Origin: Polyangiaceae bacterium
GTDB taxonomy: Bacteria > Myxococcota_A > Polyangia > Polyangiales > Polyangiaceae
Reading direction: 5' to 3'
Assembly: GCA_044376115.1 (NCBI GenBank)
Contig: JBILLK010000062.1
Span: 1 to 10,766, forward strand
DNA length: 10,766 nt
Shown here: piece after piece, positions 7,050-10,766 of the stretch
Layout of the letters: each line of letters starts with the position of its first letter
How positions within the stretch are numbered: position 1 is the first letter of the stretch
Translations under genes and position numbers: made by a program
The notes under the pieces: model-generated
What the model saw: the letters and a program-made list of their open reading frames with translations, nothing else
The model's database searches: none
Told to the model about the DNA's origin: nothing

Positions 7050-7253
7050 GCGCGGCGAGCCCCGGGCGAAGGCCCGCTCCGTGAGGGCGGCCAGGGCGGA
7101 GCTGCGTCCGCGAGGGCAGGAAAAGACACCGCGCGGGCCGATCTCGGGCCCAGCGGCCACCCCCAGGCTTGGGTGGGGCGCCTCTGCCTCGTGCCCCGAC
7201 GTCCAGGAGCCGACGGCGCCGCGGTTTCAGGACGACCTCTACCGGCCGTTCCT

Positions 7254-7271
7254 GGTTCAAAATCCCTATCC
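7254..7271 (+). mobile_element. oriIS-like end of copy C
   Basis: GGTTCAAAATCCCTATCC ends 222 bp past the stop. A second conserved block at 7087-7111 matches 1223-1247 (21/25). The msrB-like gene is cut here. Confidence 0.8.
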
Positions 7272-7511
7272 GCTGAGCCGCTGACGCCACTGATCTTCGG
7301 TGAGCGTGAGCCGTTCGCCAATGGGAGGCGTCGTCGCCGCCATCACCTCGGGCGTCGCGGCGCGGGCGGTCGAGGGCATCGCCGCGGGCGCGGTGTTCAT
7401 CGCGGGCGCGTCGGGGCGGCGCGGTTCAGCCGTGGTGCGCGTGCACGACCAGAGCATCGAGACGCAGAGCGAGACGAGGGTGGCGAAACGGAGAGTCGAG
7501 GGGTGCATCAT
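7272..7511 (-). pseudogene. msrB: N-terminal fragment of a lipoprotein methionine-R-sulfoxide reductase (MsrB-like), truncated by oriIS
   Basis: Signal peptide with LWSC, Pro/Ala linker, then LTLTEDQWRQRLS, like the first helix of MsrB (xxxEWRxxLT). The stop at 7266-7268 comes from oriIS sequence. Confidence 0.6.
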
Positions 7512-7635
7512 GCGTTGGGTGCTCCGTGCGAGGGCTGCGTGGCGATGGTTTGGTGCGTGGGGTCGCGACGGTGCCTACGCCGGCTTCGATGCGTCGGTGA
7601 CAGACCCCGTCACGACCGTGTATCCAACGGCCCGC

Positions 7636-8436
7636 GTGGATCCGCTCACCCTCCAGCCCATCGGCGTGATTCGGACACCCTACACCGATCGGTACCGCGC
7701 GCCGAGGCAGCCCGGCGTGGCTGACGAGGGGCGTGAAGGAGTCATCGAGCTGGTGCCGGGGCTCAACCTCGAGCAGGCCGTGGCCGACCTCGCGGGCGTC
7801 GAGCGCATCTGGGTGATCGTGTGGTTTCACCGCAACGTGCACTGGCGCACGAAGGTGCTCCCGCCCCGCGGCGGACGCGTGAAGCGCAGCGTGCTCGCCA
7901 CGCGCTCGCCCCATCGACCGAACCCGTTGGGCCTCTCGGTGCTGCGCCTCCTCGAGGTGCGCGGTCGCACGCTCCGTGTGGCCGACGTCGACCTCCTCGA
8001 CGGAACGCCCGTGCTCGACATCAAGCCCTACATCCCCTACGCCGACGCGTTTCCCGAGTCGCGCGCGGGCTGGCTCGACGCCGTCGAGCGCGACGATGTG
8101 ACGGGTGTGGCGCTCCATGAAGTCGTGTGGTCGGAGCACGCGCGCTCGCAGGTCGAATGGCTCCGAGAAATGCACGGCGTGATCGTGGGCGACGTGGCGG
8201 TCCCTGCCCTCGCGCGTGACCCGGCGCCGCACCCGTACCGACGCATCCTGCACGACGCCGACGGGGGGCTGATGATCGCCGAGAAGTCGTGGCGGATACA
8301 CTTTCGCGTCGACGAGGGCACCGTGACCATCACGCGCGTGTCGAGCGGCTATCGTCGCGAGGTGCTCGCCGCGGGAGACCCTTCGGCGATGCTCGACGGC
8401 GAGGCGCACCTCGGCTTCGCGGCGCGCTGGCCGTAG
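7636..8436 (+). CDS. trmO: tRNA t6A37 N6-methyltransferase TrmO
   Basis: LQPIGVIRTPY, APRQP, ATRSPHRPNPLGLS, DLLDGTPVLDIKPYIPYAD and C-terminal DPAPHPY. Start uncertain; GTG 7636 chosen, with in-frame GTGs a little upstream. Confidence 0.92.
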   Translation: MDPLTLQPIGVIRTPYTDRYRAPRQPGVADEGREGVIELVPGLNLEQAVADLAGVERIWVIVWFHRNVHWRTKVLPPRGGRVKRSVLATRSPHRPNPLGLSVLRLLEVRGRTLRVADVDLLDGTPVLDIKPYIPYADAFPESRAGWLDAVERDDVTGVALHEVVWSEHARSQVEWLREMHGVIVGDVAVPALARDPAPHPYRRILHDADGGLMIAEKSWRIHFRVDEGTVTITRVSSGYRREVLAAGDPSAMLDGEAHLGFAARWP

Positions 8437-8510
8437 CGCTTCGTCGGGTCGCGCGACGACGGAGCGCCTTGACGCGATCGGGATGGAGGCGCTCTGATAC
8501 CGCGCACCGG

Positions 8511-10472
8511 ATGTCGACCTTCCTTCACGAGACTCACCAGGCAGCCTGTCCTTCGTGCGGCGCACAGACGGCTCGCCCCGTCGAAGACGCGCTGCGCGCC
8601 AGGGTCGCGGAGCTCGAGCGGGAGCTCGACGCGGTCCGAGCAGAGCGTGACTTTCTCTACGCGTCGCTCGAACACGTCCCCGTGGGCCTCGAGCTCTACG
8701 ACCACGAAGGCGTCGCCCGCTGGCTCAATCGCGCGATGGTCGAGTTCACGGGCCTTCCTTCCGCCGACGTCGCCGTGGGGCGCTTCAACATCCTCACAGA
8801 CCCGTTTTCGGTGATCACGGGCATGGTGGAGTACTACCGCCGCGCGTACGCTGGCGAGGTCGTCCACACGCGCGAATTCGCGATCGATCTGCAACTCGCC
8901 GCGATCGATTGGGGCGCGACGAGCAAGCAGATCCGATTTCGCATGGTGCTGTGCCCGCAGCGCGACCCCGAAGGCCGCGTGGTGCGCGTGCTCGCCGTGA
9001 TGTTCGAAGTGACGCAGCACCACGTCGCGCGTCGCGTGGCCGAGCGCCTGCTCGACATCGCGAGCGACGGAGAGGCCTCGCGGCTCATCGTGAGCACGCT
9101 CGCCGAAGAGGCCGACATCGCGATGGCGCGCGTGTGGAGGGTCTCTGACGGGGCCGCCGCGCTGACCGTCGTGGCGCAGCAGGAACGGCCAGAGCGCGCG
9201 TCCGAGCCGCCGCCGCACTTCGCCGAGCAGACGCGCGCCGCCGCGACGACGCAAGCGCGCCTGCCCGGCGATGGGGACGCCTCACGCAGCGAGGGCTCCG
9301 CCGAGGGCACCCGCGGGCCGCCCCTGCATGCGCACGTCGCGGCGCCGATCACGTTGTCGCACGGGGTGATCGGGGTCATCGAGGTAGGCACCACCTCGCG
9401 CTACCTCGCGACGCAGGCGCTCCCTGCGATGGTCGAACGGCTCGCGGAACTCTACGCCGAGTTCTTCACGCGCACGCAGGCGCAGCGACGCTTCGAGGCG
9501 CTCTTCGAGCGCTCGCCCGATCCCACGCTGGTCGTCGATCATGCGGGCGCCGTGCTGGCGGCGAACGAGCGCGCGCGGGCCCTCCTCGGCGAGGCGCCGA
9601 AGTCTCTCGCGAAGGTGTTCCCGGGCTCAGAGACCTTCCCCCCGCAACACGCCGAGGCCTTTCGCGAAGGCACGAACGCGTCGGGGGCGACCGTCTGGAT
9701 CGAGCGCGGGGCGCGGAGCGCGTCGGGCGAGACGATCCCCACGGAGACCGCGGTGTCACCGCTCATCGCCGACCTGCACGATGGCGCGAAGACGGCCGTC
9801 CTCGTGCTGCGTGACCTGCGCGAACGGCAGCGGCTCGAGGCCGCGCTACGCAGCTCTCTCGGTGAAAAGGTCACGCTCCTGCAGGAGGTTCACCATCGTG
9901 TGAAGAACAACCTTCAGATCGTGTCGAGCCTCGTGGGCATGCAGGCCGATCGGCTCACCGATCAGGCGGCCCGCGAGGCCCTCGCCGAGTGTTCCCATCG
10001 TGTGCGGGCCATGTCCCTCGTCCATCAGCTCCTCTACAGCAGCGACCAGCTCAGCAGCATTCCTCTCCACGAGTACGCGAGCAGGCTGGCGCAACACCTG
10101 CAAGCCGCGCTCGATCCGCGGAGCCTCCTGACCTTCCGCCTCGATCCCGTGAGGGTGTCTCTCGAAGACGCCATCCCCTGCGGGCTGATCCTCAACGAGC
10201 TCCTGACCAACGCCATCAAGCACGGCCGCGGGGCCGACGGTCGATGTGCCGTCGCCGTCGAGCTCCGGGCTCTCGAAGAAGGCTTCGAACTCGGCGTGCT
10301 CGACAGCGGCCCCGGGTTAACGCTCCCCGTGCCGCAAGGATCCCTCGGGATTCAACTCGTGCTGGCGCTCGTGCGGCAGCTCCGGGGAACGCTCTCGACG
10401 TCACCGCCGCGCGACGGCGACCAGGCGGCTGCGCGACTGCGCGCGTCGCGGCGGCTCCCCGACGCGCGCTGA
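8511..10472 (+). CDS. Cytoplasmic sensor histidine kinase (coiled coil-PAS-GAF-like-PAS-HisKA_2-HATPase)
   Basis: H-box LLQEVHHRVKNNLQIVSSL, N-box GLILNELLTNAIKHG, G1 DSGPG. PAS starts SLEHVPVG and FEALFERSPD. No transmembrane segment seen. ATG 8511 follows the trmO stop. Confidence 0.9.
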   Translation: MSTFLHETHQAACPSCGAQTARPVEDALRARVAELERELDAVRAERDFLYASLEHVPVGLELYDHEGVARWLNRAMVEFTGLPSADVAVGRFNILTDPFSVITGMVEYYRRAYAGEVVHTREFAIDLQLAAIDWGATSKQIRFRMVLCPQRDPEGRVVRVLAVMFEVTQHHVARRVAERLLDIASDGEASRLIVSTLAEEADIAMARVWRVSDGAAALTVVAQQERPERASEPPPHFAEQTRAAATTQARLPGDGDASRSEGSAEGTRGPPLHAHVAAPITLSHGVIGVIEVGTTSRYLATQALPAMVERLAELYAEFFTRTQAQRRFEALFERSPDPTLVVDHAGAVLAANERARALLGEAPKSLAKVFPGSETFPPQHAEAFREGTNASGATVWIERGARSASGETIPTETAVSPLIADLHDGAKTAVLVLRDLRERQRLEAALRSSLGEKVTLLQEVHHRVKNNLQIVSSLVGMQADRLTDQAAREALAECSHRVRAMSLVHQLLYSSDQLSSIPLHEYASRLAQHLQAALDPRSLLTFRLDPVRVSLEDAIPCGLILNELLTNAIKHGRGADGRCAVAVELRALEEGFELGVLDSGPGLTLPVPQGSLGIQLVLALVRQLRGTLSTSPPRDGDQAAARLRASRRLPDAR

Positions 10473-10523
10473 GCCTCCATCGCCTCGCTGGACCAGGCGA
10501 CGCGCATCGACGTCGTCGGGCGC

Positions 10524-10622
10524 TCAATCGCCGAAGGGGTGCGCGGGCTTATGTTCGAGCTCGCCCTCGTGGGCCGGGCCTCCGGCGAGCCAGTCGGTGG
10601 CAGCGACGCGGCCCGGGGCACG
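10524..10622 (-). pseudogene. Possible 3' remnant of an unidentified gene cut by copy D
   Basis: RAPGRVAATDWLAGGPAHEGELEHKPAHPFGD* has strongly GC-biased third positions and abuts the copy D junction; no family recognised. Confidence 0.25.
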
Positions 10623-10623
10623 C

Positions 10624-10766
10624 ACGTGCTCGCACCCGAGCCCCGCAGGAAGCCCTGGGCTTGGCTGCTGCGTCACGTGTTCGAGATCGACGTCTCGACG
10701 TGCCCGCGATGCGGCGGCGCTACCCGCTGGCTCGAGGCCGCGACCAAGCCCGACGCCATCGCGAGG
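10624..10766 (+). mobile_element. IS91/ISCR-like transposase copy D, 3' fragment running off the window
   Basis: 142/143 identical to the reverse complement of 1359-1501 (copy B); VLAPEPRRKPWAWLLRHVFEIDVSTCPRCGG. Confidence 0.9.

Noticed and set aside
7300..7635. Long N-terminal extension of TrmO
   Set aside because: Mostly antisense to the msrB-like fragment; TrmO homology begins at LTLQPIG.
8289..8510. N-terminal extension of the kinase ORF
   Set aside because: Overlaps the trmO 3' end in another frame and is Arg-rich noise.

Overview
High-GC window; gene content and style suggest Myxococcota, though that is inference. It is dominated by four broken copies of one IS91/ISCR-like rolling-circle (HUH, single-Tyr) transposase family: A 269-888 (-), B 1272-2711 (-), C ~6258-7049 (+) and D 10624-end (+). 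B and C share an 18-bp oriIS-like end about 220 bp past the stop codon. A and B carry a 66-bp in-frame insertion built of c-GNA-g triloop hairpins, and B has a second 33-bp hairpin insertion. Remnants of IS3, a probable IS21-like end and IS66 are nested in or next to them. Other genes: an intact animal-type protein-arginine deiminase lipoprotein behind a consensus sigma54 promoter, a 5'-truncated lysozyme-like protein, a lipoprotein MsrB cut off at an oriIS, trmO(tsaA), and a cytoplasmic PAS-GAF-PAS HisKA_2 kinase. All calls come from reading the sequence and recalled motifs; no searches were run.
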